In this document: in pieces, positions 9,967 to 18,430 of the stretch | Layout of the letters: each line of letters opens with the position of its first letter | Position numbering within the stretch: the stretch's first letter is position 1 | Assembly (NCBI GenBank): GCA_965198115.1 | Contig: OZ240241.1 | Coordinates: forward strand, 6,688,001 to 6,752,000 | Direction of reading: 5' to 3' | DNA length: 64,000 bases | From: Candidatus Latescibacterota bacterium | Lineage (GTDB): Bacteria; Latescibacterota; UBA2968 | The notes under the pieces: model-generated | Told to the model about the DNA's origin: nothing | The model's database searches: none | What the model saw: the letters and a program-made list of their open reading frames with translations, nothing else | Program-made: the position numbers and the translations under genes

Positions 9967-10085
9967 GATCACCTCCAGGTCGCGTTCAGGGCTTCGAGTT
10001 TCTCTTAGAAACTGTTGACGGATCCCTCAGGCAAAAGATGTAGGTAATCCGCTTAGAAGTCTTGCTGAAAGAGTCCAAAACACAA

Positions 10086-10113
10086 AGGGTCGAATCCAGA
10101 TGGATTCGACCCT
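10086..10113 (-). terminator. Terminator hairpin downstream of ferredoxin
   Basis: Perfect inverted repeat AGGGTCGAATCCA/TGGATTCGACCCT, followed on the minus strand by TTTGTGTTTT. Confidence 0.75.
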
Positions 10114-10140
10114 AATTGCATTTTTGATTTGGGCTAAAGT

Positions 10141-10404
10141 TTAATCGAATGCCTTGTAGTTAACGTCGATCCACTCCTTCCACTCCTCGGGCGTGTCTTC
10201 TTCCGCGAAGATGGCTTCCACCGGGCATTCGGGCTCGCAGGCCCCACAGTCGATGCATTCTTCAGGATGGATGTAGAGCATCGGTTTACGATCTTCCTCT
10301 GCGAGGTTTGTGGCGTCGGCTTCGTAAATGCAGTCGACCGGGCAGACCTCCACGCAGGCTCTGTCCATCACATCGACGCAAGGTTCTGCAATGATATACG
10401 TCAT
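10141..10404 (-). CDS. fdxA: 7Fe-type ([3Fe-4S][4Fe-4S]) ferredoxin
   Basis: [20 protein letters not shown] and [17 protein letters not shown]. Confidence 0.9.
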   Translation of the reverse strand: MTYIIAEPCVDVMDRACVEVCPVDCIYEADATNLAEEDRKPMLYIHPEECIDCGACEPECPVEAIFAEEDTPEEWKEWIDVNYKAFD

Positions 10405-10500
10405 TTGCTTTCACCCCTTTCCCCTGGATTCACGGGACAATTTTTCGATTTTCAGCAAAACGGTGCGGTAAATCAAGGGGAAACCCCCGATTCCTCGGGG

Positions 10501-10528
10501 AATATATAGATTCCGATCCTTTTGTCAA
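10501..10528 (-). promoter_or_regulatory. sigma70-type promoter for ferredoxin
   Basis: TTGACA-N16-TATATT on the minus strand, ~95 nt upstream of the ATG. Confidence 0.6.
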
Positions 10529-10546
10529 GGATCACGGAAAAAAGAT

Positions 10547-11116
10547 TCAACCACCAATATTTTCAAGCAGTTGCGACGGAGAGAAGGCTCCATCAGCCTC
10601 GATATCGAGCGTAAATCTCTGGCGAGCGTCCTCCAGGCGTTGGGTCTGGGTCGATTCACGTCCGTAGAGTCGAGAGAGGAGATCGTCGACGTCGTCCTGG
10701 ACGTTCTTCTGCGTGGTTTCGTCGTTACGCGCGTTCAGTCGATCGTTGAGGACGATCTGTGTCCGCTCGCCCGTGAAATGGATGCCACCATCCAGGGCTG
10801 GATCGTCCTCGAGCCGGGTAGCCGCTTTGAGCGCAGCACGAACGGTGGTTTCCAGGCGGTCGGCGAGCGATCCTTCGAGGTCGTGCTTGCGGGTGTAGAG
10901 GAAACCAAACCTTCCGCGCGTGTTGTCGAGCGCATAGTTGGCGTTGTGTCCGACGAGGATGGTGACGGGTCCGTTCTGAACGTGGCTGTAGTCAGCCACA
11001 TCGACGAGCACGTCGTCGTCGGGCCGGGGAATCCACGTGTTGAAGACCCGGAACCAGGTCTCCGGTTCGAGGTCTCCCCCCTTGTCCATGAAGATTTTGA
11101 AGCTGATGCTGTCCAT
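10547..11116 (-). CDS. Conserved hypothetical protein downstream of the nitrite/sulfite reductase
   Basis: 189-aa ORF starting 18 nt after the reductase stop; protein-like motif LVDVADYSHV..GP..ILVGH..NYALD. Confidence 0.75.
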   Translation of the reverse strand: MDSISFKIFMDKGGDLEPETWFRVFNTWIPRPDDDVLVDVADYSHVQNGPVTILVGHNANYALDNTRGRFGFLYTRKHDLEGSLADRLETTVRAALKAATRLEDDPALDGGIHFTGERTQIVLNDRLNARNDETTQKNVQDDVDDLLSRLYGRESTQTQRLEDARQRFTLDIEADGAFSPSQLLENIGG

Positions 11117-11134
11117 GTTCCCGTTTAGACTATC

Positions 11135-13366
11135 TCAGGCTGTGACGACGTTCATGCGGCCGTAACAGGCGTGGGCGCTCTCTATGAAGAGCTGGGCCTC
11201 TTCGATGATCTGGTGAGCGGTGTCGCGATTGTGGGTCGTCGGCTTCTCTGCGTAGTGCCGGAAGAGATAGTTGGCGAACTTTCCGTGCGCGAAGTTGTCC
11301 CAAAACAGCTGCGTGTCGTAGAACCGGGTACGAAATTCGGCTACGATTTTGTCCGGATCTTCGGGAATGTCCAAATATTGGGTTTTGACGAGCGCTTTCG
11401 CGGCGTGGAGCATCGCGTCGAACGCCTTCTGATGAGCCTCCTCGAATTCCCCGCCGTCGAGATGGATCAGCGCTTCGAAGGCCTCCCGTTCGCTGCCCTG
11501 CAGTTCGACCTCGATGAGGGGAACGATTTCGCCGGCGCACTCACCCTTGCCCATATCACCGATCGTAAACTCTCGTGTGTCACCCCAATCGGTGTAGTAG
11601 GTGGCGTCATCTTCGTGGGCGGGGACGGAGGTCAGGTCTTCGAGCATTTCTTTGATTTTGACCTTGCCGACCCGGCTGATGAAGCTCTGGAAGGACTCAT
11701 CTCCCTCCCGCTGCGTGAGATACGCCTCGGTCATGGTCGTGACGACGTCCGGGATCCGCTTTGACGGCACAGCCCCGATAGCCAGACCATAGGCGCCAGC
11801 ATTTTCGGTCCATTGTCCACCGAGGATGACCTGAAAGTGCGGGACCTGATACTCGCCGGCCTTGCGACTGATGCCGTAGAACCCGAGGTCGGAGATATGG
11901 TGCTGACCGCACGAGTTGAAGCAGCCGCTGATCTTGATGCGAAAGTGCTTGATGGCGGCGTCGAGCGTCTGGCTCTGGGCGGCCAATCGGGTTCGCAGTT
12001 CGGCGGCCAGGCCACGGGATGAGGCGATGCCGAGTTTGCACGTGTCGGTGCCCGGGCACGCGGTGACGTCCACGATGGTGCCGGCACCGGGATCGCCGAG
12101 CCCGGCGCCCCTCAAGGCTTTGTAGACGTCTGGAAGGTCGGCCTCGCTGACCCAGCGGAGGACGATGTTCTGTTCGACGGTCGTGCGAATGGTGTCTTTG
12201 ACGTGCGCGCGAGCGATGTCGGCGATGGCCCTGAACTGGTCGGACGTCGCGTCGCCGAGGGGCAGCGTGACTGTGACGACGCCATACCCTTCCTGGCGCT
12301 GTTTGTAGACGTTGGTATCTGCCCATTCTGCGTAACCGTCTGGTTGGGCCACGCCGTTGAGGGCCACGGCGTCGACGAGAGGCTCCTCGTCGGTGACGGT
12401 GAGGTCTTTCAGGTAGGCCGTCCACGCGGGATCTTCGGGCATGATCTTTTGCTCTTCGACGATGAGGCGTTTGAATTCGTCGATGCCTAGTTTGGCGACG
12501 AGGAACTTCACCCGGGCCCGGGCGCGGTTGTTCTTTTCGCCGAGGCGCGCGAACACGCGGGCGATGGCCTGCGCCGTCGGTAGCAGGTCCTCTTCGGACA
12601 GGAATTCGTCGTAGAGCTTGGCCTGATGGGGAACGGCACCGAGGCCGCCACCCACGTAAGTTTCGAAACCGCGCTTCCCGTCTTTGACGACAGCGATGCA
12701 GCCGAAGTCGTGCATGGCGACGAGGCCGCAGGCTTCGTGACGGCAGCCGGAGAAGGCAATCTTGAATTTTCGCCCGAAGTCCTGGCAATCGGGGTGGCCG
12801 AGCAGGAATTGCGCAAGCGCGCGCGTATAGGGCGTGACGTCGAACGTTTCGGTCTGGCAGACGCCCGAGAGGGGGCAGGCGGTGACGTTTCGGATCGAGT
12901 TACCGCAGGCCTCGCGGGTGGTGATGCCGATGGCGGCGAGACGACGCATGAGGGAGGGTGTGTCGTCGATGTGGACGTAATGGAGCTGGATGTCCTGGCG
13001 CGTCGTGATGTGGAGGATGCTGTCGGAGTATTCTTCGGCGAGGTCCGCTAAGACTTCGAGCTGATCGGCCGTGACACCGCCGAACGGGATCTTGATGCGC
13101 TGCATGCCAGGTGCATCCCAGACGGTGTTGACGCCCTTTGTTTGCCCTTCCTGGTAGGCGAGCTGCTGGGTCGTCACGCCGTCGAAACGCTGGCCGTTAT
13201 CGTAGCGCTGGCCGTAGACACCCCGTCGCAGGCGAGTCTCGCCGAAGAGCTCGTCGGTCATCTTGTCCTGTTGTTTGAGCTCCATTTGCGTTTCGTAGAT
13301 GTTGATCTCTTCTGCGAGCACTGCAGGGATCCGATCGCCCAACGCTTCTTTCCAGGTCGTGCCCAT
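11135..13366 (-). CDS. Ferredoxin-dependent nitrite/sulfite reductase (siroheme-[4Fe-4S]) with C-terminal HEPN-like extension
   Basis: Motifs RLRRGVYGQR, HITTRQDIQLH, RKFKIAFSGC, CPGTDTCKLG, ISGCFNSCGQH; C-terminal helical AFDAMLHAAKAL. Confidence 0.9.
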   Translation of the reverse strand: MGTTWKEALGDRIPAVLAEEINIYETQMELKQQDKMTDELFGETRLRRGVYGQRYDNGQRFDGVTTQQLAYQEGQTKGVNTVWDAPGMQRIKIPFGGVTADQLEVLADLAEEYSDSILHITTRQDIQLHYVHIDDTPSLMRRLAAIGITTREACGNSIRNVTACPLSGVCQTETFDVTPYTRALAQFLLGHPDCQDFGRKFKIAFSGCRHEACGLVAMHDFGCIAVVKDGKRGFETYVGGGLGAVPHQAKLYDEFLSEEDLLPTAQAIARVFARLGEKNNRARARVKFLVAKLGIDEFKRLIVEEQKIMPEDPAWTAYLKDLTVTDEEPLVDAVALNGVAQPDGYAEWADTNVYKQRQEGYGVVTVTLPLGDATSDQFRAIADIARAHVKDTIRTTVEQNIVLRWVSEADLPDVYKALRGAGLGDPGAGTIVDVTACPGTDTCKLGIASSRGLAAELRTRLAAQSQTLDAAIKHFRIKISGCFNSCGQHHISDLGFYGISRKAGEYQVPHFQVILGGQWTENAGAYGLAIGAVPSKRIPDVVTTMTEAYLTQREGDESFQSFISRVGKVKIKEMLEDLTSVPAHEDDATYYTDWGDTREFTIGDMGKGECAGEIVPLIEVELQGSEREAFEALIHLDGGEFEEAHQKAFDAMLHAAKALVKTQYLDIPEDPDKIVAEFRTRFYDTQLFWDNFAHGKFANYLFRHYAEKPTTHNRDTAHQIIEEAQLFIESAHACYGRMNVVTA

Positions 13367-13433
13367 GGTCTATCCGCCGTTTTAGGATGGGGATTGGAGG
13401 GTATGCGCGTTCGATAACATCAGATAAGTGAGC

Positions 13434-13461
13434 AATTTAGAGGAAATAGAGGGGTTGTCAA
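13434..13461 (-). promoter_or_regulatory. sigma70-type promoter for the reductase operon
   Basis: TTGACA-N16-TAAATT in the moaA-reductase intergenic region. Confidence 0.55.
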
Positions 13462-13471
13462 CCGCGCGAGG

Positions 13472-14485
13472 TTAGCCCCCGATCTGATACATCTCTATGC
13501 GCTTGAAGTCCTCGCTCGACGTGGCTTCGGTTCGCGTCTCGGAGTACCGATCTGCCCGGTCTGTCCAGATGTCGTCGATGCGCTGTCGTAAGTCGTCGTC
13601 GCTCGCTCCCCCTCGAAGGAGGGGACGCAGGTCGATGCCATCGGATGCGAATAGACACGTGACCAGCTTTCCATCGGTCGACAGTCGGGCACGCGTGCAG
13701 TTTCCGCAAAAAGGCTGCGTCACCGAGGCAATGATCCCGATCTCTCCGCCCCCGTCGAGATACCGATATCGTTGAGCGACTTCGCCGCGATAGTTTGGTT
13801 CCACCGGCTCGAGAGGCAGGACATCGTGAATCCGTGCGACGATTTCCTCGGCGGGGACGACGTGATCGACCTGCCAGCCATTGCGGGTTCCCACGTCCAT
13901 GTACTCGATGAAGCGGAGGATGTGTGAAGTTCCGTGAAACTGTCGTGCGAGGGGGACGATTTCGTTGTCGTTGTCGCCCCGTTTGATGACGGCATTGATC
14001 TTGATCGGGCGGAACCCCGTTGCCTCTGCTGTCTGGATGGCGTTCAAAATGGTGTCAGGTGATTCGTCTCGGCCCGCCATCAGACGAAAGACGACGGGGT
14101 CGAGGGCATCCAGGCTGAAGGTGACCCGACGGAGGCCCGCCGTCTTGAGGGTCTCGGACAGGGCGGCGAAGCGAACGCCGTTCGTCGTGAGGGTCAGGTC
14201 GCGTAGACCGGGGATGGCGGAGAGATCGCCGATCAGGATTTCGATTTGGCGTCGCAGGAGCGGTTCGCCCCCGGTGATTCGAATCTTTTCAGCGCCGAGG
14301 CCGACGAAGATGCGCGCGAGCCGGGTGATTTCTTCGAAAGTGAGGATCTCTTCGCGCGGGAGGAATTCGTAACTCTCGCCGAAAATCTCGGCCGGCATAC
14401 AGTAGGGGCAGCGGAAGTTACAGCGATCAGTGACGGAGATACGCAGGTCCCTCAGCGGGCGGCCGAGGGTGTCGTGGGGAGGCAT
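13472..14485 (-). CDS. moaA: GTP 3',8-cyclase MoaA
   Basis: LRISVTDRCNFRCPYCMP radical-SAM motif, FCGNCTRARLS..CLF, C-terminal MYQIGG. Confidence 0.95.
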   Translation of the reverse strand: MPPHDTLGRPLRDLRISVTDRCNFRCPYCMPAEIFGESYEFLPREEILTFEEITRLARIFVGLGAEKIRITGGEPLLRRQIEILIGDLSAIPGLRDLTLTTNGVRFAALSETLKTAGLRRVTFSLDALDPVVFRLMAGRDESPDTILNAIQTAEATGFRPIKINAVIKRGDNDNEIVPLARQFHGTSHILRFIEYMDVGTRNGWQVDHVVPAEEIVARIHDVLPLEPVEPNYRGEVAQRYRYLDGGGEIGIIASVTQPFCGNCTRARLSTDGKLVTCLFASDGIDLRPLLRGGASDDDLRQRIDDIWTDRADRYSETRTEATSSEDFKRIEMYQIGG

Positions 14486-14491
14486 CAGACT

Positions 14492-15073
14492 CTAGTAGGT
14501 TTCGGCCATGGTGATGGCGTCGTCGAACTGCGATTTGTCGACGATGGCCCCACGGATGGAGGCCTCGTAGAGGTAGGTGCCCTTGAGGGTGGCGCCTCTC
14601 AGGTCGACCCCTTTGAAATCGGTGGCGTTGACGAGGGCGTCGGTGAGGTTCGCATCTTTGAAGGAGGTGGCGCGTCCTGACGCGTTTGGAAAGGCGGCCT
14701 GGAGAACGCCTAGACGGGCTTGCGTCAGGTTTGCCCGGCTGAAGTCGGCACCGCCGACGTTGGCTCCGGAAAGGAACGCCCAGACGAGACTGGCACCCTG
14801 CAGGTTTGCCGCAAGCAGGTTCGCCGCGACGAGATAGGCTTTGTCGAGGTTGGCTTTGCTCAGGTTCGCCTCGCTGAGGTTCGATTCGTGGAACTTGGCT
14901 TCGACCAGCGTCGCGCCCGAAAGGTTCGCCCCCGATAGATCGGCCTGGCTGAAGTCGGATCCCGATAGATTTTCCCCGGACAGATCGATGCCCGCGAGGT
15001 TGGCGCCGACGAGGCTCGACGTTTCCTGAAGCTGTTGGAGTACTTCTTCCTTCGAGAGCGATGGGCCTGCCAT
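14492..15073 (-). CDS. Pentapeptide repeat protein
   Basis: Continuous A(N/D)L(S/T)X pentapeptides; GGAGG RBS. Confidence 0.9.
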   Translation of the reverse strand: MAGPSLSKEEVLQQLQETSSLVGANLAGIDLSGENLSGSDFSQADLSGANLSGATLVEAKFHESNLSEANLSKANLDKAYLVAANLLAANLQGASLVWAFLSGANVGGADFSRANLTQARLGVLQAAFPNASGRATSFKDANLTDALVNATDFKGVDLRGATLKGTYLYEASIRGAIVDKSQFDDAITMAETY

Positions 15074-15135
15074 CCTGCGATTCCTCCGAGCGGCTTCGCC
15101 GCACGTGTTGAGAGTTCAGAAGTCAGAGGTCAGGG

Positions 15136-15193
15136 AGCAACCGTTCCATTGGTCACGTACCGTGAGCCGACCGGACCCTTTGAGCCGGTTACT
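15136..15193 (-). promoter_or_regulatory. Candidate structured 5' leader RNA (unassigned)
   Basis: 8-bp P1 AGUAACCG/CGGUUGCU encloses hairpin UCACG-GUA-CGUGA; begins ~8 nt after a predicted -10 box. Confidence 0.35.
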
Positions 15194-15201
15194 TGAGTGA
15201 G

Positions 15202-15229
15202 AATATATGGGATGGGGCAGAGACGTCAA
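15202..15229 (-). promoter_or_regulatory. sigma70-type promoter for pentapeptide-moaA
   Basis: TTGACG-N16-TATATT on the minus strand. Confidence 0.55.
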
Positions 15230-15301
15230 TGTATTAGTGGCCACTCGAGAGATTCTAAATGACCATGATACAATGAGTTATGCAGCCGAGGGCCGGCGTT
15301 T

Positions 15302-15330
15302 CCGCCTTCGCCAAGGCTTCGGCGGGCAGG
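15302..15330. repeat. REP-like palindrome
   Basis: CCGCCTTCGCCAAGGCTTCGGCGGGCAGG, an imperfect hairpin in intergenic DNA. Confidence 0.5.
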
Positions 15331-15517
15331 AAGTGTTCGGTATTCAGCGGAAGGCGATCATCACGCACGAGACAATGTCACCCCGGTAGGCTTCTTAGGA
15401 GCCTGTCCCGACCGTATGGGAGGGAGGGTCCATTTTCCCGCGAGTACTGTTGCGAGGTGTCCTAGGAGACGCTTATTCTTGGCCTCTAGTCTATGACTCG
15501 AAAGGAAAGGACGACTC

Positions 15518-16909
15518 ATGACGAACCCCCATCTTGAAATCGATCGGCTGATGCTGGGCGATATACACACGTCTAACGACTCGATGGACAACCTGACGGT
15601 TCTGTGCGACGACTTCGGCTCTCGGTTCGGCGGCACGGAGGGTGAGCGCTCGGCTGCCCGGTTCTTCGTCGAGCTGTTCAAATCCTACGGGCTGAAGAAT
15701 GTGCGGAGAGAGCCGTATACCTACGCGTCCTGGTCTCGTGGCACGACGACGCTGGAACTCGTTACACCTCTGAAGAAGGACATTCCGTGCATCGCTCTGC
15801 CTTACTGTCCGAGTGCGACAATCGAGGCGGAGATGGTGGACGTCGGCGATGGAGCGCCCGCAGACTTCGAAGCGCTGGGGAGACGGATGCGGGGCAAGCT
15901 GGTGATGGCGACCAGCCGTCCGCCGATTGGCCTGGGGAGAAACGTGCACCGATCGGAGAAGTATGCGCGGAGCGCGCTCGGTGGCGCGGTGGGGTTCATA
16001 TTCATGAATCATTATGACGGTCTCGGGCCTGCGACGGGCAGTATCGCTGACAACAGAGAAGCATTGATGCCCGGGGTCTCGGTTTCGAAGGAGTGGGGGA
16101 GTTACCTTCAGCGGCTCCAGGCGAGGAAAGGTCCGATCAGGCTGAAGCTGAAGACGCGGAACCGAACACGTGCTCGCCAATCGTGGAACGTCATCGGAGA
16201 GTTGCCCGGTAATCGATACGACGATCAGTGGGTGATGACGGGCTGTCATTACGACGGTCACGACATCTCGCAGGGCGCCATGGATCCGATCTCTGGGATG
16301 GTGGCGATTCTCGAATCCGCCCGTGTGCTATCACGCCACGCGAAGGATCAAATCGCTTGCGGCATTCGCTTCACGGCCTTCGGGACGGAGGAGATCGGAC
16401 TGATCGGGGCGCGGGAGTACGTGGACGCGCACGAGGACGAGCTGGATCAGATTCGGCTGTTGATGAACATGGATTCAGCGGGTGGCGCGGGGCGAAAGGG
16501 GATCATCGCGCACCGACGTCCCGAACTGGATGTGTTTTTCGAGCGTGCGAAGGTCCAGATGGCCTATGACATGCCATATGGTCAGGGCATGTCCGCTTTC
16601 TCGGATCACTTCCCGTTCTTCAACGCGGGCGTTCCCACGTGTGGTATGGGAGATGTGGAGGCCGTTTTCACGGGCCGGGGATTCGGCCATACGGCATTCG
16701 ATACGATGGACAAGATCAAGCTGGCCGACCTGCGAGAGGCCGCTTCGGTCCTTTCCCGTCTGATTTTACGGGTGGCGTGCGAGGAGAAGTGGCCGGCCAA
16801 GCGCTGGTCGCCGCGTCAGGTCGAGCGCGTGTCGAAGAAGGACGCCAATCTGGAGATCGTGAAAGTGGAGGCGGAGCTCGGAAAACTGTATCGAAGGAAA
16901 AGGAAATAG
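15518..16909 (+). CDS. M28 family peptidase with PA domain
   Basis: Motifs SRFGGTEGE, GCHYDGH..GAMD, FGTEEIGLIG, NMDS, SDHFPF, HTAFDT. Confidence 0.85.
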   Translation: MTNPHLEIDRLMLGDIHTSNDSMDNLTVLCDDFGSRFGGTEGERSAARFFVELFKSYGLKNVRREPYTYASWSRGTTTLELVTPLKKDIPCIALPYCPSATIEAEMVDVGDGAPADFEALGRRMRGKLVMATSRPPIGLGRNVHRSEKYARSALGGAVGFIFMNHYDGLGPATGSIADNREALMPGVSVSKEWGSYLQRLQARKGPIRLKLKTRNRTRARQSWNVIGELPGNRYDDQWVMTGCHYDGHDISQGAMDPISGMVAILESARVLSRHAKDQIACGIRFTAFGTEEIGLIGAREYVDAHEDELDQIRLLMNMDSAGGAGRKGIIAHRRPELDVFFERAKVQMAYDMPYGQGMSAFSDHFPFFNAGVPTCGMGDVEAVFTGRGFGHTAFDTMDKIKLADLREAASVLSRLILRVACEEKWPAKRWSPRQVERVSKKDANLEIVKVEAELGKLYRRKRK

Positions 16910-17102
16910 AGTTGTGCATCCGGCGCGCTGTGGATGTACAAATATCAAGGATGGGGAGGCTGATAGCGCGGGCTGATCGAGCGAATCAGGTTGCTCCCCA
17001 GTCGGTGGCGGAAAGGCGAGTGAGCCCGACAAGATGCCGTGTCAGGGCAAAACCAGCGCCATCATCCGTAAGCGTAAAGCCCGCATTGTGACTAGCTTTT
17101 AC

Positions 17103-17156
17103 CCGAACACCGAACACCGAACACCGAACACCGAACACCGAACACCGAACACCGAA
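17103..17156. repeat. Perfect heptamer tandem repeat (CCGAACA)x7.7
   Basis: Read directly; lies between the convergent peptidase and SDR genes. Confidence 0.95.
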
Positions 17157-17170
17157 GTTTCACCCCATCG

Positions 17171-18001
17171 CTACCACATAACCCCACCACTGCAGTTGAT
17201 GTCCTGCCCCGTCATGCTGGCTGAATCGTCCGAGGCGAGGAACAACGCCAGCGACGCCGCGTCTTCCGTTCCCGCACCTCTATCCCCATAGCCCTCGTCA
17301 GCACACCATCGGCCAGCCAGCACACGGTTTGACCTTGGCTGTTTGAATCGGTCGCGAAAAGCCTCTTCGTCGAAGGACTCGTTCTTGTACTCAGCTCTGT
17401 CCCTGGCCAGCTCGAGACTTCTTTCCTCGTGTCCGCCCGGGCAAATGGCGTTGACGTTGATGTTGTAACGACCGACATCCGCTGCCAACGTTCGGGTAAA
17501 CCCGATCACGCCCATCTTGGAGGTCGCATAGGGTGCTCTGTGGGATAGCGGTTGTTTACCCGTGCCGGAGCTGAAGTTGATGATCTTCCCGTAGTTCTTT
17601 CGAATCATCTCGGGGAGTGCAGCCTTACAGCAGAGAAAGAGCGAGTCGAGGTTGACGGCGAGTGTTCGCTTCCATTCCGACAGTGTCATATCCCAGACAT
17701 CTTTCGTCGGTCCTGCGATGCCGACGACGTTCGCGAGAATGTCGATCGTGTTGAAGTGCCGAATCGTCTCCTCGACCATTCGGTTCACCTGGTCCTCCTC
17801 CGACACGTCTGTCTGGAAGCAGGTGACCTTCCCGCCTTCGGCTCTGATCTCAGAACCGATCTTCTCTTCGAGCACCTCCACAGGAACCACATCGCAAACG
17901 GAAACGGCCGCGCCTTCCTTCGCGAACCGTCGGGCTACCGCCTCGGCGTGACCTCTGCCGGCGCCTGTGATCAGCGCGACCTTACCATCCAGCTTTCCCA
18001 T
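17171..18001 (-). CDS. SDR family NAD(P)-dependent oxidoreductase
   Basis: Motifs TGAGRG, YATSK, NAICPG, MTGQDINCSGG. Confidence 0.9.
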   Translation of the reverse strand: MGKLDGKVALITGAGRGHAEAVARRFAKEGAAVSVCDVVPVEVLEEKIGSEIRAEGGKVTCFQTDVSEEDQVNRMVEETIRHFNTIDILANVVGIAGPTKDVWDMTLSEWKRTLAVNLDSLFLCCKAALPEMIRKNYGKIINFSSGTGKQPLSHRAPYATSKMGVIGFTRTLAADVGRYNINVNAICPGGHEERSLELARDRAEYKNESFDEEAFRDRFKQPRSNRVLAGRWCADEGYGDRGAGTEDAASLALFLASDDSASMTGQDINCSGGVMW

Positions 18002-18098
18002 GAAAGCCTCTTTCCTGTTTCGATTCCTTGGTTCGACGTCGATCGGATGACGACGGGTGTTCTGGAGTCACTACCACGTTCGTGAGGGTTGTGCCGAT

Positions 18099-18290
18099 TT
18101 ACGAAGGTAGAAGTGCATTGATGTCCAGGCTTGCTTGTTCGAGCATGCCAGCGATTCGATGCCGAAAGGTTGGATGCTCTTCCGTTTTTCCGACCGCCCA
18201 GAGCGCGATATCGACTCGTCTCGAGGCCATGAACAGGTCGAGATAGGCGAGCTGGTTCTCAGGCAGAGCGTGTAGAGTTGTGACACCACC
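18099..18290 (-). pseudogene. Orphan 3' fragment resembling a phosphotransferase (APH-like) C-terminus
   Basis: Reads ..TTLHALPENQLAYLDLFMASRRVDIALWAV..DINALLPS*; preceded in frame by TAG, so it has no start. The family assignment is from recall only. Confidence 0.35.
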
Positions 18291-18430
18291 AGCCCGAATC
18301 TACTCGATGATATACAAACCGCCCTGCTTCTGTTTCGAAGGCTCGGCCTGTTCACTCGAGTGGTCCATCGTGAGGCAGCTGTTTCTGGTCATCTTCAGTT
18401 TCCAAACGACCCTCACCTTCATCGTTCTGT

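Noticed and set aside
10004-10077. Possible IS-end remnants (two CTTAGAA-initiated degenerate direct repeats)
   Set aside because: The similarity is too short and there is no associated transposase or DR.
17103-17156. CRISPR array (also considered for 53432-53545)
   Set aside because: These are contiguous tandem repeats without spacers, and no cas genes are present.
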